From: Elsinoe ampelina
Taxonomy: Eukaryota
Assembly: GCA_010093995.1 (NCBI GenBank)
Contig: ML992501.1
Span: 3,244,489-3,306,712 of the forward strand
Reading direction: 5' to 3'
DNA: 62,224 bases
In this document: piece by piece, positions 1 through 12,415 of the stretch
How the letters are laid out: each line of letters starts with the position of its first letter
Position numbering within the stretch: the first letter of the stretch is position 1
The notes under the pieces: generated by a model
The model's input: the letters and a program-made list of their open reading frames with translations, nothing else
What the model was told of the DNA's origin: nothing
Databases searched by the model: none
Program-made: the position numbers and the translations under genes

Positions 1-187
1 TCCAGGATGGCAAAATCAGTGGGCGCAAACTGGTCTACGAGGTATGACAGCCTCTGCTAGGACGACATCTACGTTCGTGCCTTGGTGGAATAAGAAGTAC
101 ACCATGTATATGTCAGTCATCAATACTATCTGCCGGACGATATCACAGTGCCCAGTCCAGATCATGCTAAAGCCTACTGGCCCGATA

Positions 188-350
188 ACGTATGAGATGG
201 GGCCCTTAGGGGTTTGCACACCGCCCCCTTTGCACACTTCCGGGTCCTTCACCAATCACATTTCCGCGATCAACGCCGATACCTAATTCACTGGAACGTG
301 TAGAAGCCACGTGGCGTGCAAAGGAGTGTGCAAACCCTCATCTTATACGT
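188..350. mobile_element. 163-bp MITE, Tc1/mariner-pogo(Fot1)-like
   Basis: TA at 186-187 and 351-352. Terminal inverted repeats ACGTATGAGATG / CATCTTATACGT (1 mismatch) plus inner inverted arms GGGTTTGCACAC / GTGTGCAAACCC. ACGT termini with a TA TSD are typical of fungal pogo/Fot1-like elements. Confidence 0.8.
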
Positions 351-1049
351 TAGTACAACGGGGCGAATAGGACAATGCTTTAAGCTAAGCCCTAGTACTA
401 GGGTAAGAGGACGCTACACTTTTAGTAATATACGGTATAGGCAGTTTTAACAGCTACACAGTCTATATAGCTAGAGTCGATTACTTCTCCTTCTAGCTAG
501 ATAGCATAAAACTAGTACTTACTATCGATTAGCCGTCGATAGGCTATTAACGATAGTGCCGAGACAATAGATAATACTATTAAACTATAAAACTAGCTAT
601 AGAGTTAGTGTAGCTAGCTATACTAACTCTATAGCTATTAGAAGAAGTAAAGTATATACTAAAGAGGCTAGAGGCTAGAGATAGTTAAAGGCTATCTAGA
701 TAACCTTTTATCTAGTAGCTAGTATTATTAAATATTTACTATTATACCTTTTTAAATAGGTATAAAATAGAGCACTTATAGTAGTATTAATATTTAGTTA
801 AATACTAGTAACTATAAATACTATATTTATAGCTATTATTATAGCCTCTACTATCTTCTTATTATAGTAAATATAGTATATAATTATTATAGCTACTACC
901 TCTTTAGCCTTAACCTTAAGCCTTATAACTAGTTAACTAAATAGTACTAGCCTTACTAGTACCTTCTTTAATATAGTCTTCTCTATAGCTAATACTATTA
1001 CTAGTTATACTAACTACTTAACCTACTATACTACTAGTTATAGTATTAA

Positions 1050-2250
1050 GTTTATATACTCTATAAGTAGTATACTAGAATTTAGCTAAGGTAGTAAACT
1101 TAGTAGTATTAATAGAAAAGAAAGAGCTAAAGAAGAAGAAAGATACTAAGACTAATAAGAAAGAAAAGAAGATTATTATTATCTTAAAGAAGTAAAAGTA
1201 ACTAGTAAAGAAAACACTACTAAGAAAGAAGTAAAAGGTAATAGCTATAGCTAAGAGTAGTAGTAGTACTAAGCTAAGTACTTACTAGTTAGATATATAA
1301 AAGAAAATAATCTTAGTAATAGCTTAAAAGATTAGACTAGTACTTATATATAGTAAGCCTCTTATAGCTTAGTTTAAGAAGCTAAGGTTAAACTAGAAGT
1401 AGAAGACTAGTAAGAATTATACCTATCTAACTTATATATTTAAAAGCTAGATTAAGACTTAGTATAAGAAGTAGATATAGTACTATTATAATAATCTAAG
1501 TAAATTAAAAAATATAATAGATTTAAAGCTATAAATAGACTTCTTTATTAAGGAGGTATAGAAGCTTTATAAGTAAAAGATAAAGAGTATAAAGGAGAAA
1601 GATACTAAGGCTAAAGTAACTTACCTTTATTACTAGTTAATATCTTTTTTTACTTACTAAGGCTTATACTAGAGTAAGAATAATTAGTTAAATAAGAAGA
1701 ATAAGGTAGAGAAGAAGAATAAGAAGAATAAGACTAGTACTAATACTACTACTATTACTACTACTATAGTGTCTACTTTACTAGAGATAAAGTATAGTAG
1801 TACTAGTTATAATAGCTTAGTAAGTACTACTAGAGGTAGAAGTAGATCTTAAGGTATTTATTAGTATAGTAGTTAGTATAATATAGAGTTAAATACTAAC
1901 TATAAAATTATAGTATATATTACTAAGAAGTATACTACTTTAGCTATAGCTAGAGGCTAAGATAGAAAGCTATCTAGCTTATATAGTATTATTAAATAGC
2001 TAGTAAAGTAAGTTAAGTACTAGTATAAATTATAAACTACTCTTTTATATATATTTATAAAGTATAAAGAGAGAAGTAAGATTTTTAAAAAAGATAGTTT
2101 TAATAGATAAAGAATTTAAGCTATTTTAGTAGTTAAATAGACTTACTTATATCTATATCTAATTTAGCTATTATATAGATCTATTTCGTAATTTAGTTTA
2201 CTATAGGTAAAGCTAATAGAGACTATATTTTAAGAGCTAATATACTTACT
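1050..2250 (+). pseudogene. Possible RIP-degraded Harbinger ORF2 (DNA-binding partner)
   Basis: Purine-rich, K/E-codon-like tract on + inside the Harbinger TIRs, convergent with the transposase, where ORF2 is expected. No Myb/SANT motif could be read with confidence; bounds approximate. Confidence 0.3.
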
Positions 2251-3637
2251 TTATATAGAAGTTACTAGTATAATATATATATTAAATAATAGAAGTAATA
2301 AAGCTAAATTAATTAATATAGAAATTAATATATAAATATATATATAGAAGGTAAAGTTATCTATAGCTACTACCTTCTTAGTCTTATATATCTTAGTTAT
2401 AAAAACCTTAGGCTTAGTACTAACCTTAGTAAAATTATTCCTTAACCTTTATTAGAGTAGTTAGTAGATAGAGTAAAGTATATAATTTAGATACCTATAC
2501 TCTACTCTATCTATACTTTACCTACCTCTTAGTATATCTACGCTAAGGTAAGTAAGAGTAAAGTATACTAGGAGATAAATAGAGTAGAGTAAAGTAATTA
2601 ATTTTATACCTAGTAGAGTATTAGTAATTTAAAAAGTTTAAGTAGTAATTTTAAAAGTTAATAAGAGAGAATTACTAATTATAGATTCTAATTATAAACT
2701 ATATTCTCTAATACTACTACTTATAGATTTTATACTTTTAATCTCTATTATACTTAAGTATTAAATATTTCTTTATTCTTAACCTTAGTAGTATTTTTAT
2801 CCTTTATATTCTTATTCTTATTATTATTATTAGTGTTAGTCTTAAGCTTAGAGTACTCTATAACCTTATTATTCTTATCTTTATTATTTAACTTATCTTT
2901 AACTTTAATACTTAAATAATTATTCTCTTTACTACTAGCTTCTTTATTTAATATCCTTTTAATCTTATTCTTATTTTTCTTAACCTTCTCCTTATACTTA
3001 TTATTATTATTTCCTTTATAGTATAGCTTAGTACTATAGAGTTTAAGCTTAGAGATATATTTATACTTAAGAGATAGAAGAATAACTTACCTATATAATT
3101 ATTAGAATATACTATAATTAAAGACTATAATAAACTTACTACTAGTTAGAATTCTATAAAACTACTAATTCTATAGAAGAAAGCTCTTTAAGCTACTTAA
3201 AAAAAATCTTATATACTTATTTATTATTAGTATTATTAGTAATAAGGCTTATATAGCTATTCTAGTAAATCTAGCGCTATAGCTTCTCGATAATACTACT
3301 AGTACTATAGATATATATATAGACTTATATTAGCTATTATTTACCTTACTAATTTACTACTATATTATCTTAAATATACTTAATAATCTTATTATACTTT
3401 TACTTTTATAGAGTTTTTCTAATACTAGTCTATTTCTTATAGGTCTATATAAATATAGATTTAAGCTACTTGCCTATAATAATTAGTACTACTATAATAG
3501 TATACTATAATAATAGACTTATTACTTCTTTACTTATTAAAGTATTTCTTCTCTATATTATTAATAGTATTATTAATTTTAATATTTTACTTATTAGTAG
3601 AAAGCTAGTCTTATCTATTCTCTATCTTAATCTTATT

Positions 3638-4071
3638 TAGGGTAGTTAAGTAGGTAATTACTATACTCTTTAGAGTATAGTAATTATAATATAACTTTTT
3701 ATAAAATTTTTATGTTTTTTGATATTTTAACGTGCATTAGTAAGCGTATTTTACTAATAAAGATACTTTGTCTATACTATTAAAAATTCTACATTTTTTA
3801 GTACTATTTTTGCTTATGTAATCTTAGATCCTAATTTTTAGTAGTGATTTCAAATTTCTTTCTTCTTCTAAAAATTAGGATCTAGGATTACGTAAGCGAA
3901 AGTAGTACTAAAAAATGTAGATTTTTTTATAGTATAGAAAAAATACTTTAGATTATAAAAGAAGCTTACTAATATACGTAAAAATATCAAAAAATACAAA
4001 AATTTTACAAAAAGTTATATTATAATTACTATACTCTAAAGAGTATAGTAATTACCTACTCGACTACTCTA
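3638..4071. mobile_element. hAT-type foldback MITE (~200-bp inverted arms)
   Basis: Near-complete palindrome with a short spacer (~3842-3867). Ends TAGGGTAGTTAAGTAGG / CCTACTCGACTACTCTA. 8-bp TSD ATCTTATT (3630-3637) / ATCCTATT (4072-4079). Confidence 0.85.
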
Positions 4072-5759
4072 ATCCTATTATATAAAGTACTAACTACTTT
4101 ATAATCTACTATATAAGTAGTAGCTAAAGCTTACTTCTTATATATATACTAAGAAGTATAATCTCTCTACTTAATAGTATAAGTACTTTAACTTAAAGAT
4201 CTAAAGTATCTAGTAACAAATTTAGTCTTATAGCTCCTTCTAGTTTAACTAGCGCTACGCTAAGAGATTTAGTATTTAATTTTCTACTACTTAGAATTAA
4301 ACCTCTAGTATTATTAGTAACTATATATAATAAGAAACTATAATTAATATCTTTAATAATTCTTTTAGAATATTCTCTCTAGAGTCTTTTTCTTACTTAA
4401 TTATTACTTACTCTTTCTACTCTATCTTAATGTCTTTTATAGGTATAAATTCTTAATTAAATATAATAAAAAGAGTATTTATAGTATATAAATTATATAT
4501 AAGGTAAGTAAAAGAGATAAAGATATAAAGGTAAAGTTAGAGTTAGAAATTATAATTTATAAATATATAAAATAATAAAAGAGAAAGCTAGAGTAAGAAA
4601 TAAGAAAGCTATTATTATATAAGTTATTTATTATTCTTCTATTATTCTTATTATTAATAGTAAATAGTATATCTAATAATAGATTTTATATTTCTTACTT
4701 TAGTCTTCTCTTTTTACTATTTTATATATATTAAAATTTTATATATAAACTTTAACTTCTTAGCTATATATAAATAACTTTTATTTTACTATAGTATATA
4801 CTAAGAATTATTCTTAAGCTACTACTAGTTCTAGAGAAAGAAGTTATAAAGAGAAGTAATTTACTATAAAGAAGATACTATAATCTAGAGCTAAGCTTAG
4901 AAAGAAGTATAGATATAAGTCTAGTAGTAATTATTATAGTTTTTAATTATAGTATAAAACTAATAGAAGCTAGCTATTACTCTTTAAGAGATTTATTACT
5001 ACTAGAAAGAGATTACTCTATTATTCTATAAGCTTTTCTTTTCTTATCTTATTTATAAAATTACTTAGAACTTTAAGTTTAACTTTTACTTCTAGACTAG
5101 TATAATTAAAGCTCTTTAGAAATTAGTAGAGATATTTATTATTAGATATATAGAAGATATATACTTATCTAATATATATTAAATTCTCTATTAATACTAT
5201 ATATAGATATAAACCTTAATACTATTTATACTAAGTATATTACTATCTAGGCTAAGAACTTTAGCCTTACTAAGTACTACTATAAGAAGTTCTAAGTTAG
5301 TAATATATTAAGAGTTAGAGCTTTAAGTAGTACTTTATACTAGAGAAATAGTATAGAGAGAGTAATAAATTTCTTTACTATAATAATATAATATAATAAT
5401 ACTTTAATTCTTTCTATTTATTATATACTTTAAAGGTTAGAATTAAAAATATTAGTTATAATTAATATTTATAATTATATAGGAGCTACTAGCGTATTTT
5501 AAAATACCTTATATAAAGTAATAGTAGAAAAGACTTTCTAATAGTCTAAAAATAAATCTATTATTTAAAATTATATAGCTAAATAAGTATAATATTATAA
5601 ATACCTATACTATCTATAATACTATATAACCTCTACTCTACTATAGTAGACTCTAACGATCTAATTAATCTATAACTATATCTTCTATTAACTCTATTAG
5701 TTATAGTAATTTCTATTTCTTAAGATTTACTTAACTATTATTTTACTATATAATAATAT

Positions 5760-8330
5760 AATAAGGGTAGTTAGTCTATATAATAGTATCTTCTAAAGTG
5801 TCTAATACTTAATTCCTTAGTATATTCTAACGAATAAATAGACCTCTAAAGCTTCTTAATATAGTAGAACTTAATACTTTAAGTATTTTACTATAGTTAC
5901 TCTAAGGAGTTCTATATACTATACTAGAACTTAAAACTAAGAACTAGATAAGTATAGAGATATTTTAGAGAAGCTATATAGGTATTAGATAGCTATCTAT
6001 ACGTTTACTACCTATAGTATAGTAATACTCTTACTTACTCTATACTAGAAAAGAATAGTACTAATATAATAAGTAAATATAAAAAGTTAAATTTTTATAG
6101 AAAAGTAATAAGACTAGTCTATAAGGAAGCACTAGTAGTCTAAGTACTTATATAACTTCGAGCTTATCTAGTAATTAATTAGAAAAATGTTCTATTATAT
6201 TTAGTTACTTACTTCTAATTAGAGCTTATTCGAATAGTTATTAACTATAATTAGTCCTTCTATACTATTAAGCGACTATTATTTTAATAGTTTATATAGT
6301 TCTTATACCCGAGAGTACTTATACTAAGCTATAGTTATTTTACTATACTCTTTATTAATAAATTTAAGACTCTTTATAAAAGCTTATTATAGAATCTTAA
6401 TAAAACTATAAAGATTTTAATTATACTTAATAGCTAGTCTACTAATAACTACTTAGGCTTTATTATAATTAAAGCTTATTATATTAATAACTAATAGTAG
6501 CTTTAGAAATAACTATTAGATATAGTACTACTTTATAGTTAATATATAGAGTAGAATATAGCTACTAAGCTTATATAGGTACTTTAGTAGTATAATCTCT
6601 AGGACTAGCTTCTAGTAATTACTATAGATAATATAAGTAATAATTATATATTATATAAGACTATATATAAGCTTCTAAGATAGATAAGTATTATATAGAA
6701 CTTATAAGAGAATACTATTCTATATCTTATATATATTATTAACTTAGTTATATAAGACATTATTAAGTACCTTAACTTTTAGACTACTAAGGAAAAAGAG
6801 TAAGCTACTAGGCTTAAAAGATAATACTTAAAAAATATCTCTATTAAACTTTTAGTACTAAACTTACTTTAGAAGGTTAGCTTTCTAATTATAGTTTCTA
6901 ATTATAGTCTAATAAATTACTAGCTTTATATAACTTATATTACTATTAACTAATTACCTTAATAGTTTAAGAGGTTTATTAACCTTTAATAAACTATAAT
7001 ACTTTAAGAGTATAAGGTTATTATTCGAGATATTAAGATATAGTAGAACTTAACCTTTAATATATATAAGTATAGTCTTAAGCTTAGGCTATTTATTAAT
7101 AAATAGCTTAAGTAGAAAATTGTACTAAAAGGCTCTACTAGTGCTAGATCTAACTTAGTTAGTAATAACACTAGTAATCTAAACTATAAGGATCTTAAGT
7201 ATCTTTATCTTAATAGTATAGAATAAGATTAACTTAAGCTAGTTATAAAAATGCTTAAGAACTTTAAGAAAGTAACTATCTCTCTAAGTACTATTAGCTA
7301 TCTATAGATCTTATATATTTAAATAATATATAATTAACTATTTAACTTTCTTAATATAATTAAGAATAGTATTATAGGCAAAGAGAAGAATAATAAGAAG
7401 CGTTAGTCTATAGTAGTTAAAAGAGTAGTATAACGTAGTTAAGATAAACTATTAAAGTACTATTCTTATACTAATAATAAAAGAAATTACCTTTTTAATT
7501 ATAGTACTATTCTTAACTCTTTATAAAAGCTAACTCTCTATAAGGTTTATAGCTTATAGATATATTATTATAGTAAAGCTAATAGTAATATAGAATAAGA
7601 CCTAGACTAAAACTAATAAGGGAAAGTATTATAAGTAGTTCTTTAACTACCTTAGTTATTATAATAGTAAATTACTATTAAGTTAACCTAAAACTCTTAA
7701 TACTATAATCTTATCTAATAATAAAAAGAATTAGTTCTATTAACCTTAGATACCTATATAAATTACCTCTCTATAGACTAGCTTTAGCTTCTAATCTAGT
7801 ATAGAGTTTATATCTCTAGAACGAAAGAAGAAGAGATAAACTATATATTAAGAAAGTAAGAATTACCTTAGTATCTCTCCTATTTAAATTTAACTAGGGA
7901 CTAAATTTAAGTTACTTAATTAGTAGAAGACTAATAAGAAGAAGTTTCTATAGCTTACTAAAGTTACTTATAATATTCTTACTATACTAATAGCTAACAT
8001 AGGCATTAAATACATCTTTAACATAGTAAAGAATATTATTAGTAATAGAAGATACTAGCTTACTATATAAACTATCTAGCAGCTTATTATTATAAAGCTT
8101 ATAATAAGTCTCTCTTTATTAAGTAGTAATATTATTACTAGTAGTTATTAAGATACTATTAATAGTAGTTATAAAGATACTACTATAGATAAGGTAAATA
8201 ACTTACTTAAGCTACCTTCTTAAGAGAGTAACTTTATTTTAAGTAATTATAAGAAGAATAATAATATTAATAATAATAAGCCTCTAGTAAAGTATATAAG
8301 ATTATCTATAAGAGTATAGAATAGAACTAT
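5760..8330 (+). pseudogene. hAT transposase pseudogene (RIP)
   Basis: De-RIP reading gives LDxWS (6426-6440), TTDNASNN (6621-6644), PCLAHIINLVVQD (6720-6758) and RDVKTRWNST (7026-7055) in one frame. A dimerisation-domain GVERIFN..KD.I.DRR motif (~8000-8055) lies in another frame (intron or indel). Bounds approximate. Confidence 0.85.
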
Positions 8331-8663
8331 TTATAAATATAATAACTAAGTATATAAGATACTATAATTAGAAACTATAATTATTACTATTCTTTCTAAT
8401 TTTAAATTCTATATAATGTCTTATATTAGAGAATTAAGAGAAGCTTCTATTACTTATATAATACTTACTTATATATAGGTATAAATTATAGTAGGTAAAG
8501 TATTTAGATATATAAAATACTTACTATCTAATCTCTACTATATCTACTACTAAGAATACTCTACTTAACCTATATCTACTATATTAAGAAATAATACTCT
8601 ATTCTACTTATAGTAGAATACCTACTACCTACTAACTACTTTAATCTTTATAAACTCTTTAAC

Positions 8664-9790
8664 TTATAAATATTCTTCTACTAAGAGTAGATTATAGTTA
8701 AATTATAGTAATATTAAGTTATATCTCTTTATATAGATATATATATTAGTAAGTAGTATAGTAACTTAATATATTAAACTAACTAGTTACTTACCTTTAT
8801 ATAGGTCTTTATTAAAAGCTATATATATCTAGTTCTATTAAACTTTACTAAAGCTATTCTTAACTACTATATAGAGTAATAATATTATATAGTTAAAATC
8901 TAGCTTATCCTTACTAAGAAATTACTAGCTATACTTATAGCTATAAGAAGCTATAACTAAGGCGCCGAGGTAATAGATAGTATTACTATAGAGGTATAAG
9001 TATTTATCTCTAGAGAGATATTTAGTATTAATATAGTATAGCTTTTCCTTTATAACTAAGTAATTCTATATAGTTTAGTTATTCTCTTTACTAATAAAAG
9101 AACTAACTAGTAAACTAACTAATCTATTAAGTATTACTACCTCTTAGAACTTAAGGCTATAACTACTATAATAACTACTATATATCTTTTACTAGTTTAG
9201 TATTAGTCTCTAGAAGCCTTAGAAGGTACTATTAATAAATCTCTATACCTAAGAGTAGCTACTAGTATCTTTAATAGCTTTAGTAAATTCCTTAATTAGT
9301 TCTTAATTATTAAGCTATAAGTACTATACTATTCTATTATAGAAGAGCTTATTTATATAGTAAATAACATTAGTAAAGATACTTAATAACTAGCCTTAGT
9401 ATTAGCTAAAAGTGTTATAGATATTAGTTTACTAGTTTAGAAAGGTAAGTTAATATAAGGTAAGAGTTATTACTAGCTCTAGTAATAGTTAATTATAGTT
9501 ACTAAATATAATATTATCTATCTAGAGAAGCTTAGTAAGATAAAAGATCTAGTCTCTCTTAAACCTTATATTATTATAGAAGGTAGCTTTAAACTATATC
9601 TCTAAGCTCTAGTTAAATTAGTAGTATAAATAGAGCTTTTAATATTAATATTTAATTAGTCTCTTCTTTTTATTACCTTAGCGCTAAGGCTACTACTACT
9701 ATTATTAGTAGTAATAGCGATAGAGATATAGCTAGAGGAGAAGTAGTTTATTAAGCTCTTTATCTTTATCTATAATAGTAGTACTAATAC
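8664..9790 (-). pseudogene. PIF/Harbinger DDE transposase pseudogene (RIP)
   Basis: Minus-strand de-RIP reading: VWGFIDGT (9248-9225), RP..NQ..YSGH..HGLKFQ, YLYGDxxY (~8995-8970), FN..MSS.RIAVENSFG, A.LLTN..TC..G.N.IS..F...PP.VEEYL* (stop 8664-8666). Start approximate. Confidence 0.85.
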
Positions 9791-10268
9791 CTTTTTAGAC
9801 AAATTAAGGCTCTATACTAATAACTAGCTATTATAATAGTAGTAATATTAAAATTTAGCTAAGATTGCCTAGAAGGTACGTCGGCCGCTAGCTATTTTAG
9901 TAAGGCTAAAGTATAATCGAGGCGGCCGCTAAAAACGCTAGACAATCCTCTACTACATAGACTGTGCAGCTGCTAAAACTACCTTATAGGGCTTTGCCAA
10001 GGACCCAGGCCCCCCCTTTGCACACTTCAGGGTTCTACACCAATAGGATTCGCTTGATCGACCCCGTGAATCTCCCGGAAGTTGCAAAAATCACGTGGTG
10101 TGCAAAGGGGGGACCTGGGCAAAGCCCCATGCCGTACGTTAGAAGAAGCGATCCATCAAGTGGATGAGAAGTCTGGAACAATGAGAAAGAGGGAACACGC
10201 TCCTCCCGATGAACATTCTCCCATGCGACTTGACTGGACCATCCTCTCGCCTGTCTCGCCTGTTCATT

Positions 10269-12080
10269 ATGTCTACTACGCCCTCTGACTTGACTCTCTG
10301 TACAACATTCATCGTCATTGCAACTCTCTGTAGCATCATCTTCTATGCGTCTATACCTCGGATCATTCCGACCATCCCCTACGACAAGGAACATGCTAAG
10401 AAACCTTTCGGATCCGCCTTTGAGATGGCAACCTAGGTGCGGACCAACGATACAATCTTTGATTGGGTGACGAACCTTGGCTTGAGGATCAAATCACCTA
10501 TCTATCAGATATTCATTCGTCCTTTTGGTAAACCAATCGTCCTTCTCACCGACCCTCGCGAGATCGATGATATTTTGTTCCGTCGTCATAGCGAATTCGA
10601 TCGAGCTAAGCAAACTCACGACATCTTCGTTGGCACCATCCCGAACCATCATATCAACCAATACACTAATGATCGCTTTCGTGCCCAGCGCAAACTACTC
10701 GCTTCTACTATGACTACAAACTTCCTCTCTAATGTGGCTGCCCCGCAGATTTACGCTCACACCCTACGACTTCTTGATCTCTGGAAGATGAAGGCTATGC
10801 TAGCACCAGGCTGTCCGTTCGACGCATCAGATGACCTAGTAGAGTCTTCGCTGGACAGTATCTGGGCTGTCACCTTTGGCACAGATATCGGAGCGATCCA
10901 GTCAAAAATTGATTCTCTGCGCACTGCTGCGCCTCCTGTGTTGCCTCGGACAAAGGCCGACCCGGCCATTTTCGCATCCACAAAGCTACCAGCCGCGTTC
11001 CACTCGATTCTATACTTATGTCACGGTATCGGGGTTGCAATGCAATCCATACATCCACGTCTCAGGCACTGGGTGCTTCGGCAGACATCTTTGTACAAAT
11101 CCGCGGCAGCGCATAAGGATCTACTCATACATGACGCTCTTGTTGAAGCCAAGATCCGCTCACAGGCCAATGGTATGACTACTGGGGGTACAACAATGCT
11201 TTCTGCTATTGACCACCTGGTCAGACAACAGGAAAGGGTGGCTGGAAAAGAGCAAAGGTCAACGGTCTATGATTCACCGACAAACAGAGACGAACTGTTC
11301 GGTTTTATCATTGCTGGACACGATACTACCAGTACCACTCTGATGTGGTGCCTGAAGATGCTCAGTGACAACCCTCGTACGCAAGAGAAACTGAGGAAGG
11401 AGCTTCAAGCCGCATTCCAGGAAGAAGTCAGGGTCGATGCTATACCCAACTTCCGTCAAGTCGCTAATAGCCGTATCCCGTTCCTGGACGCGACAGTTCA
11501 AGAGATATTCAGGCTGAGCCAAACGCAACCGGGAGCAATCCGAGAAGCCAAGGTGGACACGGTTGTCCTAGGTCACGCGATACCCTCAGGTACGAACGTA
11601 TTTCTAATGTCGAATGGTGGTGGTTACGTGAAGCCAGACTGTTTCTCAAATCAGATCGACGAAAAGCTCAGGGGTAAGACTAGTGTGGACTCAAAGAGGA
11701 AGAAAGGCAGCTGGGACAACAGCAACATAGAGCAGTTCATGCCGGAAAGGTGGATCAGAGTCCAAGACGGAATAGAAGTGTTCGATGCCAACGCTGGCCC
11801 GATACAAGCATTTGGGGGTGGAGTCCGAGGTGAGTGTAACCTCCATCTTCGCGTACGTATGGCTTGCTAATTGATGCTTCTAGAATGCTTCGGGAAACGT
11901 CTTGCCTATCTACAGATGAAAATGATACTTACCATCATCATTCTCAAGATAGATTTATCTAAGACACCTACAGCTTTATCAAGTTACAGTGCAATCGACG
12001 GTCTTACTCACAAGCCGAAGCAATGTTTTATCTGTCCGAAACTAATACAGGCACAATCCAGAAGTAGCTTAGTAGTATAG
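10269..12080 (+). pseudogene. Cytochrome P450 with an in-frame TAG at 10434-10436 (probable RIP leakage)
   Basis: N-terminal TM anchor from ATG 10269; I-helix AGHDTT, ExxR (EIFR), PERW. Heme motif FGGGVR-E-CFG spans intron 11830-11883 (GTGAGT..GCTAAT..TAG). One premature stop at codon 56. Confidence 0.85.
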
Positions 12081-12114
12081 ACTATTAAGATTACATATAG
12101 CATATATGATATCT

Positions 12115-12276
12115 CTCCAAGTAATAAGACTAAAGTTTAGATAGGCTGGATACTCATAATAGATGATGTGTTAGAATTGCATAACAGATAGTGGTTTAAG
12201 AAGGAAAGAAGAACGTCCTACAGGTGTTTTCCGGTCTTATAAGGGAGCTAGAATGGAGAAGACCTAGACTAATTAC
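12115..12276. repeat. Short dispersed repeat, copy 1 (other copy 37118-37250)
   Basis: Shares GTTTAAGAAGGAAAGAAGAACGTC, GGTGTTTTCCGGTCTT and GAATGGAGAAGACC with 37118-37250. This copy has G>A/C>T changes and a ~25-bp extra segment. Confidence 0.85.
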
Positions 12277-12415
12277 CACTTCTTGGCTCAACTCGCTGTC
12301 CAAGTCGCATCCATCTCGCCCCAACTGCATGAGCACCTCTACTACTAATTATCTATTACACCAAGCTACCAAACAAGCCAATTAATCAACAAGGGGCTTA
12401 ATCAATTGTTTGTAA

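Larger units (their letters stand above)
2453..8643 (+). mobile_element. RIP-inactivated hAT transposon nested in the Harbinger
   Basis: TIRs TAGAGTAGTTAGTAGATAG (2453) / CTACCTACTAACTACTTTA (ending 8643). 8-bp TSD ACCTTTAT (2445-2452) / ATCTTTAT (8644-8651). YARNG terminus plus 8-bp TSD indicates hAT; transposase motifs inside. Confidence 0.8.
439..9984 (-). mobile_element. RIP-inactivated PIF/Harbinger DNA transposon (~3.3 kb once the nested hAT is removed)
   Basis: 32-bp TIRs at 439-470 and 9953-9984 (AGGYAGTTTTARCAGCTRCACAGTCTATRTAG, 4 mismatches, all transitions). 3-bp TSD TAT (436-438, 9985-9987). Harbinger transposase relic inside. Confidence 0.85.
428..10139. mobile_element. Second 163-bp MITE of the same family, split by the Harbinger insertion (428-438 + 9988-10139)
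   Basis: Right end ATGCCGTACGT|TA (10139; TA 10140-41). Left end TA|ATATACGGTAT (426-438) is the RIP version of ACGTACGGCAT. Shares GCCCCCTTTGCACACTTC, CACCAAT and CACGTGGYGTGCAAAGG with 188-350. Rejoined length is 163 bp. Confidence 0.75.

Noticed and set aside
188..10139. LTR retrotransposon bounded by similar sequences at 188-350 and 9988-10139
   Set aside because: The copies are diverged self-inverted MITEs with TA TSDs; the interior holds DNA-transposase motifs and no RT or integrase was recognised.
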